Shown: in pieces, positions 1 to 11,888 of the stretch | Layout: each line of letters starts with the position of its first letter | How positions within the stretch are numbered: position 1 is the first letter of the stretch | NCBI GenBank assembly: GCA_904063045.1 | Contig: CAJFCJ010000148.1 | Location: 1-40,165 of the forward strand | Direction of reading: 5' to 3' | From: Dimorphilus gyrociliatus | Taxonomy: Eukaryota; Animalia; Annelida | Length of the DNA: 40,165 nucleotides | The notes under the pieces: model-generated | What the model was told of the DNA's origin: nothing | Databases searched by the model: none | Seen by the model: only the letters and a program-made list of their open reading frames with translations | Made by a program: the position numbers and the translations under genes

Positions 1-239
1 TATAATTCAATTTGCTCTCCTTAAGATTTGGCCAAGTTAGTTGAATTGATGTATAGGGTATGGTCCAGTTTTAATTCAATTAGCCCAGCTAGTTGTTGGA
101 CCTTGTAACATCCTGTTACTAAACATGCATATGAATTAGATAATGTGCCAATTATAAAGTGATAATTGGATAGAACAGGCAAACTTCACAGTATTTAAAC
201 ACTCACTGTTCTAACCCTGGGCATCACAATCTAACAATT

Positions 240-460
240 GAGGAAGATCACCTGGAAAACAACCTCCACTAGCACAAGCCTACTACTTCTTGATGTTGGA
301 TTCTAGTTTGGTAAATGGGCAACCTGTTGTTACAAACTATCTACTCTGCTATAGAACTTTCATATTATAGCTTTGCTTAAGTGTTTTACTTTGAATAAAC
401 CATTTAAATTTTTGTTTAAAGATTGAGTAGAACCAGTACTGTTGTAACTTGCAACATCAT
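240..460 (+). repeat. Dispersed repeat, homologous to 12642-12870 (opposite strand); possibly a retroelement 3' end
   Basis: GGAAGATCACCTGGAAA...ACTATCTACTCTGCTAT...AGTAGAACCAGTA(C/T)TGTT(G/A)TAACTTGCAA occurs here and in reverse complement at 12642-12870. Confidence 0.7.
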
Positions 461-1189
461 AAATTGATTAAGCAAGGCCAGTACAATAGTGTGCAATGAT
501 TACTTTAAAATTTCATTCTATAACTAAATCTTTGCAGAAGAAGACTCCAATTTCAGCTGTTACTCATGTAAAAAAATTATTCTGTCTTTTAAGTATATTG
601 TGGATACAGTTGGTTCTTCTGTAGTTGTTGTGGTAACAATATACAGCCAATACCAAAAATATCTGGAACATCTTTTTCCATAAAGGTAATGATATTTTCC
701 TTTTCTAATATTTCTAATGCTACCTTTTATTCACATTTTATTGTATTGCATCAGCCAACCTCAATAGTCTTATTACTCTTATTACACTTTCAGGTACTAA
801 AATATATTTTGGCTGGAAAATACCTCCTCTTCTGTAATATTCTGAAAGCTCATGTGTTGTGCGGGTGTGGTGATACTTGTCACAAATTCGTTTTATAAGT
901 TGTATGATGCAGTTTTAGTAAATGTTTGGAGTATCTCCGTCCATAATTGTAATGCAGATTTCCTCTTCTAATTATTTTTATGTTATGCCTACGGACGTTC
1001 CATGATACTATTTCAGCAATTTTCAGAAAGACTTGCCAGGTTGTTAGGTATCAAAATGTATTTATTGTGATTAATTTTTGGATATCTTTCCTTCTTAGAA
1101 TACTTGATTACTCCAATATTTTATACTCAACTAATTGGCACTTCAAAGAAGTTTGAGACGGGTAATCTGCAGACAAACTAATGACATGT

Positions 1190-2590
1190 GTGTTTTTGGG
1201 ATTGGGAAGAGCTTATTCACCTAAGACATCTAAATTCACGAATAAGAATAAATTCGAAAATTCTTATCAATACTCTAAAGAGATTAAAGCAACAAAGTAA
1301 TAGAATCAGGCCTAATAAAGAATCCTTTACTTACAGTCTGCTTTGAAAAGAAAGAGTTAACAAAAACAGCCAAGATATTGAAGATCTATTATCTTCCATT
1401 CACAGTATAGCTAATTTGGCCTTGCTGCGAATTTAGAGTTTCAGAGCATGTTTGAAGGAAAGTATAAAAATCAAAACAATTATAAAGCAATCTGAGAGAT
1501 AAACTCTGAATATTTCAATATATTTAACTTCATGAAAAGAATGAGCAACAATACAAATAAGGATAATGATAAAGAATAGGATATTTGAGTGGGAAATTTT
1601 TAGTTCAACATATAATTGTTACTGCTAGAATTATATTTTTTCCATCAATAATTCGTCCAGTAGAAACTATATATTCCTTTTTCATTCTTCGAATGTGTGC
1701 CTCAATCTCTCGCCAAATCTCTGAAAGCTAGAAGATTCCATACATAGCAATTAAAAAATCATAGGCATTAGAAATGGTTTAATGAGACTTTTTGAGTATG
1801 AAGATAATATTGAAAAATGATTCTAAAGAAAATAATCAATCCTGAAATTTTTCGTAATTTTTTTAAGGAATATATCAGAAATAATTCAAAACAAATATTC
1901 GATAACACTTTCGAATTGGATGAACAGCAGGAAGATTGCGATTACAAAAACAGATTCTAAAAGTATCTCTATGAATTGAAAACTGATTAAATTGGAATTC
2001 AATCTGAAATTTATAGACAACCAAACTAGAAATTTGGAAAAAGTAAAGAGTTATTCAATGATAACCATTAGGCAATTATGTTTGACAGTTTACCTAATTT
2101 AGAAAACAAGTACAAGATGGAAATTCTTGAAATAGTTCAAGCAATCTGGAATTTACTGTTACCCAATACCTAAATGAGAGAATCTTGGAATAAACTCCTG
2201 AATGTCTGCAAAAAATCTAAAGACAACAATTATATAAAGTCTCACTTGAAATGTTTACTGCTGACAACTAAAAATTCAAAACGAATTTCATTGTTTTTTT
2301 GGATCGCTTTTCATCAAAAAGAGGACAATAAAAGTTGCACAAGTTTCATTATACGTATACTGAGTCAAGTCATCTGCAGTGACTGTGGTGTGAATATTTC
2401 TGGATGTACTAGTACATTTCTCTCTAATTCCAACTTTGTCAACTTAGTTTCCCGAAGCTGCTCAGTGATGATGAATTTCAAAAGGTTGAGGGTAGTGGGG
2501 AAAGAATAACATTCAAAAAATCAACATAAATCTGCAATCATTGACAACATATTGGGCAGCAAAGATTATTTGAAATCCATTGAAAATGAA
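1190..2590 (+). pseudogene. Possible decayed NLR-like gene (winged-helix/HD2 to pre-LRR region)
   Basis: Stop- and frameshift-ridden translation gives SIANLAL, GKFLVQH...ETIYSF(F)HSS (resembles the NACHT YSFxHxxxQE motif) and FQLCQLSFPKL, similar to the relic family elsewhere in the window. Confidence 0.3.
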
Positions 2591-2797
2591 GCCAAGCTAT
2601 GTACAGCTAACCCTAACCCTAACAGCAATATAGCAATTATTCTTTTTGCTACTCATCAGAACAGTCAAATAGGAACCTATTGATATTCATGATGGTTTTT
2701 CAAGAATCCATATATTGAAAAGGGTTGATAAAATGGATCTCTAACAACTTTAAATGTTTCATCAATGAATCGAATTTTAGAACATTTGAATTTACAC

Positions 2798-2989
2798 GGA
2801 TGTGGTAGAAAACGGCCACAAATCTATGGTTTTACCCTAACCCTAACTTAGCCCTTATTTTTATCTAACCTTTTTAAATTGCCCCTAACTCTTATATGGG
2901 ACTCCCTTAAGTACATATTAATAGTTATCTTATTCTCCTAACCATTTCCCATCCTGAAAATTTCAGTGATGGCCGTTTTCAACGGTCCC
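2798..2989 (+). mobile_element. MULE-like MITE carrying TAACCC repeats
   Basis: Inverted GAAAACGGCCA (2808-2818) / TGGCCGTTTTC (2970-2980); flanking 9-mers AATTTACAC / AATTTACGC (TSD, 1 mismatch); internal TTTTACCCTAACCCTAAC. Confidence 0.8.
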
Positions 2990-3156
2990 AATTTACGCAC
3001 CTTATCATACCTTCCTATGGTTAACGTCCTCTAGTTTTGCCACACATAATTAGAAAAATATATTATGTCAACACTTTTTTAGAATTTGATGATTATCTCA
3101 TAATTATTAAGAAAACTAGCCTAAATGTATAGTTTGACTTTGATTTTAATGTTCCA

Positions 3157-3361
3157 GGATACCACAGAAAATGTCCCCAAATGCACAGTTTAACCCTAAC
3201 CCTAACCTAGCCCTTGTCTTTCCTTAACCTTTGTGATTGCTCCTAACCCTTAGATGGAAGCCCCTAACTATAAATCAAAGGCTACTTTATTTTTCTTAAC
3301 CATTTTTCAATTTGAAATGTTGCATTCAAAAATCTCATTTGGGGACGTTTTCTGTTAGCCC
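3157..3361 (+). mobile_element. MULE-like MITE carrying TAACCC repeats
   Basis: 19-bp TIR CAGAAAATGTCCCCAAATG (3165-3183) / CATTTGGGGACGTTTTCTG (3336-3354), 1 mismatch; AATGTTCCA direct repeat on both flanks (3148-3156, 3363-3371). Confidence 0.85.
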
Positions 3362-3899
3362 AAATGTTCCATTATCCTTATTGTTTCTGGGTCTTTCCTG
3401 TCTTTAAGGCTTTTCTTACTATTCACTAGTGCAGTGGTAGGTAGTTAAAGACAAAGGAATGGAACATTCAGTCCGCGAGAAACTTGAATGATTTGCAAAT
3501 CAAAAGACAGGTCTAATAAACAAACTGCTAATTATGAAATATTCAACTTTTTTAAAATTGTCATGAAGCACAGTGGCACCAGCTTGTTTTGGATTGTGTT
3601 ATTAAAAATTTGTATAGATATTTGCAATTCATCTATGTTAGAAAATCTTTGAAATGAGGGTAAACTGAATACAGGAACTTCTATTTAGAATAGATGTTCC
3701 TAGTCTAAGCTAAACCTCCCTATCCCAAACTGCAACTATTTAAGACACATATTATCAAATAGTACTGAATTTAATAAAATAAGTTAAGAGGGCAAATTCA
3801 ATCTCAAATTAGTTGATTGAAAAAGTTAAAAAGTTATGGTTAGGTTATTTTAACATTAATTAAATGAAAAATTTTATTTATTCTAGAAATGCTCCAAAC

Positions 3900-4150
3900 C
3901 TTCAACATTTTCTGCCACCTGTTTGCTTCTCTTGTATTTTAAAGTCTTGGTAGAGAAGAAGACTAGAAGATTACAACACTCACTTATGCAATTTTGAGAA
4001 ACTGGCTTAGATAAAATTTTGTTAAATTCTCTGAATTCCTTACAACACATTTAACAAATTCATACATCGTTGTATTGTTTAAATAGTTACCACCAATATC
4101 AAATGATTATAAATTCAAATTGCATTCAAATTCAACAATATTCAATAATT
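3900..4150 (-). pseudogene. Possible LRR relic
   Basis: Minus-strand translation SFDIGGNYLNNTTMYEFVKCVVRNSENLTKFYLS has an RNI-like LRR pattern; stops on both sides. Confidence 0.25.
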
Positions 4151-4489
4151 TTTTTAGCATCATTTTACAAGTGTCACAGTATATGGCTTTTATGGTTTAT
4201 GGCCCTTATTGGACTAAATAGTTCTCTTTCACTAAACAAGTCATATTTCTGAAATAATGAGAGAAAAAAATATTTTTACTCACTAAAATGATTAAGAGAA
4301 AGCTAATAAAAAAATTCTTTCTTTTTTCTCTTACCGAAATTGTTTCATCTTACGAAAGAAGTTGACCACCTAAATTTATCTGACCTAATTACTCAGGATG
4401 AATGAAACTAATTAAAGGCAGAACCATTTTTAGAACTTTCAATTGTGTCAAAATCTTACTTTGCATTGTTGAAGCTTTGAAATTGTGAA

Positions 4490-4720
4490 TTGTTAACTCT
4501 TAGGAAAGTATATACACCCTACGAATTCAACAGTTGTTAGCTTAGCTTTCTAACTGCTTGCTTAGAGATAAAAGCTCAGAATATTCAATGCAAATCTTAT
4601 TTGGAAAATACTGGCGTTCTGTTGAAAGTTTCATATAAAACTTTGGATGAATATAATTTATTTGCTTATACTTGTGGACGAACTTAAGGTTTTATTTGGA
4701 CAAGTACGTTGATGTAGTTG
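4490..4720 (-). repeat. Dispersed repeat family A (diverged copy)
   Basis: Reverse complement contains AGTTCGTCCACAAGTA...CCAGTATTTT...GCATTGA, similar to 9820-9960. Confidence 0.55.
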
Positions 4721-5414
4721 GCTTTCTCAAGTATTGATCTTTGTAACATTGTTAAAGCTTCTGAATAGAAATGACATTTCTTTTGTCATTCAAAAATATT
4801 ATTTAATATATTTTTACATGTTTTGAATATATGTAGAGGGGCACCTTTGAAGTAATCATAGGTAGAATGGTTAATTAGACACTGTTCATAAGATGTATCA
4901 CAGGAAGACCTAGACTCAGTTCCTATGTACATATATATGTGGACAATTCAATTTGCACAGAGCCAGCCTATTCATTACAACCCTATGTGACTACACTGAA
5001 TCTAGATTAAAGGTGTGATTTAACCTCTGAATTAGACTTACACATATTTTTATGGAATTGACAGAAAAGGCCATGATACTTTATTCAACCCTTATATTGT
5101 ATATATCAGACACACTTGTTACTTCCAGTTAGGAACAAACAATATAACAAACATTGTTAACATAGCATACATTACTTAAGATTAATGGTTTATTTAACAG
5201 TTTACCTAGCAATGATTGAATATTACTGCCTAACCTCAGAGAATTAAAAATTTTCACTTTTTCAGCCAACACCTGAAAAGATCATCTGAAAAGAAACTCA
5301 GTTGGACCAAGGCTTCCACTCTTCAGCATTGAATGGTGACTAGCAATTTTTTTTTTGGAACTTGTCCAAAACTAGATAATTGTAGTTGATCATATATTGA
5401 TAATTTGGTTTAAA

Positions 5415-5550
5415 AGTCTGGTTGTTTACACTAGCTTGGTTAGAACTAGCAGCTCATTTTACTCAATATATATTCTTTAGACGAAATACTAGTATTAATT
5501 TAGTAATTTCTACCAAAATTACATTTGTTAAGACTATTTGTGGACGAACT
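5415..5550 (-). repeat. Dispersed repeat family A
   Basis: Reverse complement GTTCGTCCACAAATAGTCTTAACAAATGTAATTTTGGTAGAAATT...ATTGAGTAAAATGAGC matches 9825-9950, 19995-20130 and 27095-27230. Confidence 0.8.
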
Positions 5551-5639
5551 TCAAAGAACCCAGTTTATCAGCCTAAAGTAAAAGTTATTGGAATATAAAA
5601 TATCTATAAACTATAGTTCATAAGTGTACAACCTTATTA

Positions 5640-5840
5640 CATAAATAAAATATTACATATCTATTTCTTCAAATTTTTAAAATTTCCATTCAAATATTAA
5701 TCTCTAAATCATTTTTCATATAAAAAATCACTGTGGATGTGTTTTCCTAAGTTATGGATGTTTTCTCCCAAGTTGTGAACGTTTTCTCCTCAGAAGTTGA
5801 TATTTTCTCCTCAGCTGTGGACATTTTTCTCCATAAACCC
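5640..5840. mobile_element. MULE-type element terminus with about 22-bp subterminal tandem repeats (family D)
   Basis: Repeated (T/G)TGGA(C/T)(G/A)TTTTCTC units ending CCATAAACCC; the upstream part is shared with 9410-9545 and, inverted, with 17003-17095. Confidence 0.6.
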
Positions 5841-6562
5841 TATAGCAGGAACTGTAACACCCACTCTGAAAATACAATTTCCCTTGCCAACTGCAGTTTA
5901 AAGCTTTATTTTAAAAGACTACTATAAATAAAGATATTAAGTAAATAAATACTAAGTAATGGTATTAGAATAAAAAAACACCAAAATATGTTCACTTTAT
6001 TCCTCATTATTCTATTTTTTTTATATTCCTCGACTGTTAAAGTATTTCAACTTTATAGAAGAACTCGGTTACAGGCCTATATAATTATTTCTATTTAAAA
6101 ACACCCACTCCAAGCTGACCTTGTCTTTTTTTATTGAAAATGAAAATCAGTAATCAAATAAACAGCTATTGTAAAATGAATTATCTAGGGAATAGTTACA
6201 CACAATGTTTCAGTTTAATATAATATATTCATCTTTTCAAAAGGTTTTACTAGAAAAAGGGCGTTGTATGTATATCCTAAAGAATGTTTCAAAACTATTT
6301 TTCTAACTAGAATCCATATCCATTATATACACATTTTGAGTTCTTGTCTTGTTAATCTGAACATTTTTCTATTTAGATATAGTTTCAAAATATAATTAAA
6401 TTATAACTTGGTCAGAATTTTTTCACACCAATATCTTTAATTGATTTAATGAAAAATAGCTATAGCAGTCTAAGTTCTCATTGAAATCCATAGAACCAAA
6501 ATCATTTATTGGAATATCTTGCAGATTAGTCAATAACTGAAATCAATTTTACACAAACAATT

Positions 6563-8548
6563 TTATAAAGATGAAACATAAAACAAAGTTAATGAGGTTA
6601 TCTTCCAAACATCACTATAAATATTATGGCCTGTCTCTATGGATACTGTATCACCTTGTTCCAATCTCAATAAACCACTTCTACTCATACTTTCAAAACC
6701 AGATCGAACTTCTATTCTCTGCATGCCTAATCTCTTTTCGTTGTTCACCATAATAAACACAGCCGATTGAGTATGGTTCCATGTTCCAACGGACACATCA
6801 ATATGATATAGACCAGTAACTCCAACTTTATACGAACTATCTATAGAACTCCAACCAGAGTTTGTATCAACAACTACATTGTTGAAATTGACTTTTACTC
6901 TTGAAAATGTCATTAAATTTGTTGTTCTATAAGCATAAAATGCTGGATTTGTTACAGAAGCATTTAATTGAAATCCTGCTATATATGTATACAAAATAAT
7001 TGACCTTGAATATCCTTCAACCAATTTTAGTGATATTTTGTCATTTTGTTCTAATGATACAATTATTCCTCTAGATGCCTGATTGAAGCCAGAGTCTTTG
7101 TGATCTTTGATTATAGACCTTTCGAAAGATGTATCATTGCCATTTATCGTTAAACTTGCTATACCTTTCCTTCCAGATTCAAAGCCAATTCCAAAATTAA
7201 TAAAGTACCATCCGTTTGTTGAAAGTGTTAATTCGTTTCTTTTAGGGTTTATAGCCACACCTCTGAGAGAGACAACTCGAGGAAGTGTAATTGGCTGTCC
7301 AACATTAGAAAATGATTCATCAGATCCAATAAAAAAAACATTATTGGATTCGCACAGAGAACCTGACCAGGATGTTTCGTAGCCTGTTTCACTGCTGGTA
7401 ACTACAGTATTGGATTCTTGCCCTATAAAAGGTTGAACTAGAGGTGTTAAAGAATATATGCCAGATCTAGTAGAAGTATCTCTTTGAGAACTTTTATCCT
7501 GGAAGAGTCCTGTTTCGATAGGAACATGTCTAAGTTTCATTAATAAACTGGTACTAGTTCTATGTGTTGTAGTTGCAACACTTGAAAGATAGTAAAATCC
7601 ATTTTTTTTAATTGATAAAGCATTTGTAGCTGCATTAAATAAATCTCCGTTGTCATAGTTAACCTTATGCCATATTATTCGTCCACCGTTTAGCGCTGTA
7701 ATTCTGGTCAATGATACCATAAAAGCTGGATTTTTATTTAAATTACACGGAGAACCTGAGCATAATTCTACATCGACTGTATTTCCTGGACAATCATCAC
7801 CACCGTTTGATGGTGGAGGGTTTGTACAACTTCTTGTACGAGTTCGCAAACCGTCTCCACAGTCTGGATTGCATTCACTCCAACCTGACCATTGTGACCA
7901 TTCGCCTTGTATAGGACATTTAGCCTCTTCAGCCGTAACACATACTGTGGCTGTACATTCACGAATATTTATTGATGGGTTGAAGAAATAACCAATTGGA
8001 CATTGTTGAGGCCAAGCAACTCCATTATAACAATGATAGTATTGTCTACAATCGTTACGATTAGGAAATGTACCATTTTGACCATCTTCGCAATCAGAAT
8101 TCTTTGTAAAACAATGTTTATTGATTGTAATTTCGTCATCAATATCTGATGTTGAGCATTCAACAGCATCGTTGTTCATTTTACCAACTATTGATGATTT
8201 TCCTCCTGGACAATTGGCTTTATCTGGCTCAACACACAAAGCATATTGACAATTTGTCAAAGAGACTGTAAAGAAGAGGCCCGGAGGACATTGTTGAGGA
8301 TGAGCTGTACCGTTAATACAATGATAATAAACTCCACAGTAGCTAGGATCAGGAAATGAGCCATCGATAGGTTTCAAACCAGAGTCAAGAGGACAATTAA
8401 ACTCAACACAATAAAATTTTAAAATTGATGAAACTAAAAAAAAAAAAAAAAAAAAAAAAGTTTTTTTTAAATTAAAAAAAAGAAATAAGAAATTTAATAA
8501 AAAAATTTTTATACAAAAAAAACTGGTAATAAGAAATCCTTTCTTCAT
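6563..8548 (-). CDS. Secreted 2x chitin-binding type 2 (CBM14/peritrophin-A) - TSP1 - 3x C1q/TNF-like domain protein, about 634 aa
   Basis: ATG at 8548; 81-nt GT..AG intron 8514-8434 (poly-T tract) gives signal-peptide-like MKKGFLITSFFFSSILKFYC. Two C-x-G-x-FP-P-C-x-YYHC-NG-x-PQQCP-G-FF domains, WSQWSGWSEC...CG-G-RTRTRSC TSP1 motif, and three C1q-like blocks (PAFMVSL, FFIGS..GWYFI, PAFYAY...GLYHI). Confidence 0.9.
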   Translation of the reverse strand: MKKGFLITSFFCIKIFLLNFLFLFFNLKKTFFFFFFFLVSSILKFYCVEFNCPLDSGLKPIDGSFPDPSYCGVYYHCINGTAHPQQCPPGLFFTVSLTNCQYALCVEPDKANCPGGKSSIVGKMNNDAVECSTSDIDDEITINKHCFTKNSDCEDGQNGTFPNRNDCRQYYHCYNGVAWPQQCPIGYFFNPSINIRECTATVCVTAEEAKCPIQGEWSQWSGWSECNPDCGDGLRTRTRSCTNPPPSNGGDDCPGNTVDVELCSGSPCNLNKNPAFMVSLTRITALNGGRIIWHKVNYDNGDLFNAATNALSIKKNGFYYLSSVATTTHRTSTSLLMKLRHVPIETGLFQDKSSQRDTSTRSGIYSLTPLVQPFIGQESNTVVTSSETGYETSWSGSLCESNNVFFIGSDESFSNVGQPITLPRVVSLRGVAINPKRNELTLSTNGWYFINFGIGFESGRKGIASLTINGNDTSFERSIIKDHKDSGFNQASRGIIVSLEQNDKISLKLVEGYSRSIILYTYIAGFQLNASVTNPAFYAYRTTNLMTFSRVKVNFNNVVVDTNSGWSSIDSSYKVGVTGLYHIDVSVGTWNHTQSAVFIMVNNEKRLGMQRIEVRSGFESMSRSGLLRLEQGDTVSIETGHNIYSDVWKITSLTLFYVSSL

Positions 8549-9145
8549 TTTCTTCACTTTCTTAAAACATTAAATCAAAAAAAATAAAATGTTCTCATTT
8601 TATATTCTCATTTCATTAATGCTTATCTTCCACTTTTTAATCTATTTAAGAATATATATAAATTGATTGTATTTTAAAATTTATCTAGGAATTTGCAACA
8701 TCATTCTCAAATGTGAAAAATTTTGCTTTTCACCTATTGATTAGATAAGATTATTAATCTATTCTAACACTTTACTATGTCTTTTGCATTTGTGTTTTAC
8801 AATTGAAATTTACTAGTACATTGAAACCTATCAATTGGTACATTTAAACCTAATGTAAGGTTGGTTCACAACACCTGATGTAAATTCTTTTTTACAATTA
8901 ATCCAAGTAAAAAAAAGTCTTTTTTGTCACTTCCGTTATTATGGCTTATAGAACAAATGGATTTTGGTTGCAGGCTGAAAAACTCTTTTCGTTTCTACGA
9001 TTTAAAAAAAAAAATATACAGAATTTGAATTAATTTATGATAACAAGCATAATATAAAATTGTATAAATATAAGCTCTGATTCGGTGCCAAGACAATTTG
9101 GTGTGACCATTGACTATAATGATATGAGCAATAATAAAAATAGAT

Positions 9146-9290
9146 GGATGCCACAGAAAATGTCTACAAGTGACGGCTTTTACCCTAACCCTAACCCAGC
9201 CCTTGGCTGTACCAAATTTTTTTCAATTACTCCTAACCCATGGAGGAGACCCCTCCTAAGTACAAATCAGTTGTTGTCTTTAATTTTTCA
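9146..9290 (+). mobile_element. Truncated TAACCC-bearing MITE (one terminus)
   Basis: GGATGCCACAGAAAATGTCTACAA then TTTTACCCTAACCCTAACCCAGCC, same layout as 2798 and 3157; second TIR not found. Confidence 0.7.
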
Positions 9291-9699
9291 GTTCATGCAT
9301 GATTGAAAGGAGTGTTAGGAGGCACAACATGGAATGAAAACACCCATTTTTTAAAATTCGTATTCTTACAGTTCATGTATGTTTTGTAGTTATTTCTTTT
9401 ATATTAGACATACCCTATTATAAAAATAAAACATTATATACCTATATTTTTCAATTTTTCAAATTTCTATTCACATATTAATCTATAAACCATTTTTCAT
9501 ATAAAAAAATAATGTAGATGTTTTCTCTTATGGACATTTTCAAATAGCTATTACCATCAACTTTGGCTCCACTACTTTTAATTCTCAACATTAATTCATT
9601 AATTTTCGAAAGATACTCATCTACTTCCTTATCTCTGGCTTTGTCATTCACATAAACCAAAATAACATTCATTAAAGTAGCATTGTGGGCTGTTGACTG

Positions 9700-10200
9700 T
9701 GCCATATTTGTACTTTGTTGTATTGTAATTGTAGGAATTTCTGGTTCGTTACAACTGTAATTGTCCTTTCCAATCATTTACCAGTCTGCCAAAGTACTCG
9801 AACAAATAGAACCTTTAAAGTTCATCCACAAATAGTCTAACAAATGTAATTTTTGTAGAAATTAATCAACAAAACACGAGTATTTCGTCCAAAGAATATG
9901 TATTGAGTAAAATGAGCTTCTAGTTCTAAACAGGCTAGTTTAAACAACTAGCTAATGGTTAGAGAACTGAACTATTAGCTATTAATTTTATTTTAATTTT
10001 ATAGGGTATAATATAATACTCTTTAAAGGGTTGATAGTTCACAAATTTCAATGTTCCCAAGAACAAAAGTAACATTTTAAGACAAAGCAAAGTTCTAAAT
10101 ATGATCATGTTTTTATTGTTTTCCTCTTCTAAATAATATCTGAATTTCGAAGGTTGGAGAGTTGCATAAGATGTAACAATTTTAATAGGACAAGTCCAAC
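9700..10200 (+). repeat. Dispersed repeat family A (continues at 11679-11730 after a MULE insertion)
   Basis: High similarity to 19880-20150 and 27095-27490; the sequence after AGTCCAAC resumes at 11679. Confidence 0.85.
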
Positions 10201-11678
10201 GAGTATGGGAAAAAACGTCCCAGGGTGGGAAAAACATCCAAGTAGTGGAAAAAGATATTTGAATTTTAAAAAAATTGCTCATTTTGGGAACAAATGGCAA
10301 TATATTGAGAATATAATAATTAATAATTAATATATGTTTATTAAAATGATTTAAAATGAAAAAAGCTAAGAATGTTATACAAAGTTTAAAAGCTACTAGA
10401 ATAAAGTAAAAAGTATGTTAAGACACTGAGAATTATTTTGAATAGATTAATGCAATCTTCTGCAAGAGGACAGCAGATGTAATCATTCCCAATTTGTATT
10501 CATCCCGAAAAGCAAATACTTGGTACTGCATCTACATCACACTTTTCTTCTGATACTTCTTGAGCCTTTTTTCTGATAGAAGTTTCTCTACAACTGGAAT
10601 AAGACTTGATTCTTGTTTTAAAATATTTAATTTGTTCTTTCACTTTAAATGAGCCTTTTGCAGGAGTCTTTTCATTTATTCTTTTGTGCCATCCTTCAAT
10701 ATCATTGTTGGTCCTGATGGCAAGACCAAATACAGATTAACAATTTGATGTCCCAATTGAATGCTTAATCCAAGTACTTTCATTTTCAGTATTAATAAAT
10801 TTTCCTCCTTATTAGAAGTATTGTTAATTTCATTAAGACTACAATTGTCTTTAACCATGTTATTATGAGTACAACTCAGAGCAGCTTTTACAATGGGATC
10901 ATCATTGATCACATCTGATAAACTATTGAGACAATATCTTTCACTCAAACTTTTGCATGAAGAACATTTGTCATCTTTCATTTCTGTAATTAAAGCAAAG
11001 TTAAATAAATGTATGTTTTTATATAGTAAATATCACCTTTATGGATATGATGAGAAAGTGAACATGTAATTTCTTCAATCCTGAACTTTTCTGCACAATT
11101 ATTACAAAATACTCTTTAAGGTTCTAAATTGAAAATGAAAAAAGTGAATAATTTAATAAAAACATATAAACAGACCTTTGATGCATTTGGCATGGACATA
11201 ATCTTGGCAGTCACTGCATTTCATCTTTCTCTGTCTACCATAAAATCATTTATTACAGTTAATACAAACAGGTGCCATTACTAAGTTTCTGCAAAAATAA
11301 ATTCGCTTTCAAATATCAAATATGGCTGCCAATACAAAAATTATAAATAATAACTCACTGGAGAGAAGGGTTCTTAAAAAAATTGTATAATCTTGTAATA
11401 TTCAATAAACCAATTCAATACAAACGTTTCAATGTAATAGCATTACATAACTCAGAGAAAACTGGTAAAAACATTATAATACATATACCTTTCAAAAATA
11501 TTAATATTTTATTTGATAAATGAAGTAAACAGAAATAGAAAAATATTTCTGATTATAAGTATCAATAATTATGCCAAGTATATCTTTAGCCAGGCATAGG
11601 ACATTTTTTCCCAACCTTTAGGACGTTTTTTCCCAACAATTAGGACGTTTTTTCCCAAGGACATTTTTTCCCAACCCC
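10201..11678 (-). mobile_element. Internally deleted Mutator-like element with PHD-finger exons and transposase C-terminus
   Basis: TIRs GAGTATGGGAAAAAACGTCC / reverse complement GGGGTTGGGAAAAAATGTCC; TSD AGTCCAAC (10193-10200, 11679-11686). Minus-strand relics: SVFGLAIRTNNDIEGWHKRIN and LLSEKRLKKYQKK (10440-10780); MAPVCINCNK*..CSDCQDYVHAKC..YFCNNC (11278 to about 11090). Confidence 0.85.
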
Positions 11679-11888
11679 AGTCCAACAATCAAGAAAACAT
11701 GTGGATTGTAAATTTGACAGTTTTCTAAACTCAGAATTTAAGCATAGTTGATATTTAATTGAACTGCTTTTGCCTGAAAATCGTAAATTTATAGATTAAA
11801 ACATTGTAATATTAATGCTGGGTTGTAAATAGCACATATTTGTCTGTAATTTGCTAGAATGTGTGGCTGCATATTATAAAAGCATACA

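Noticed and set aside
1-240. Penelope GIY-YIG-like peptide (KHAYELDNVPII)
   Set aside because: Similarity too weak and interrupted by stops
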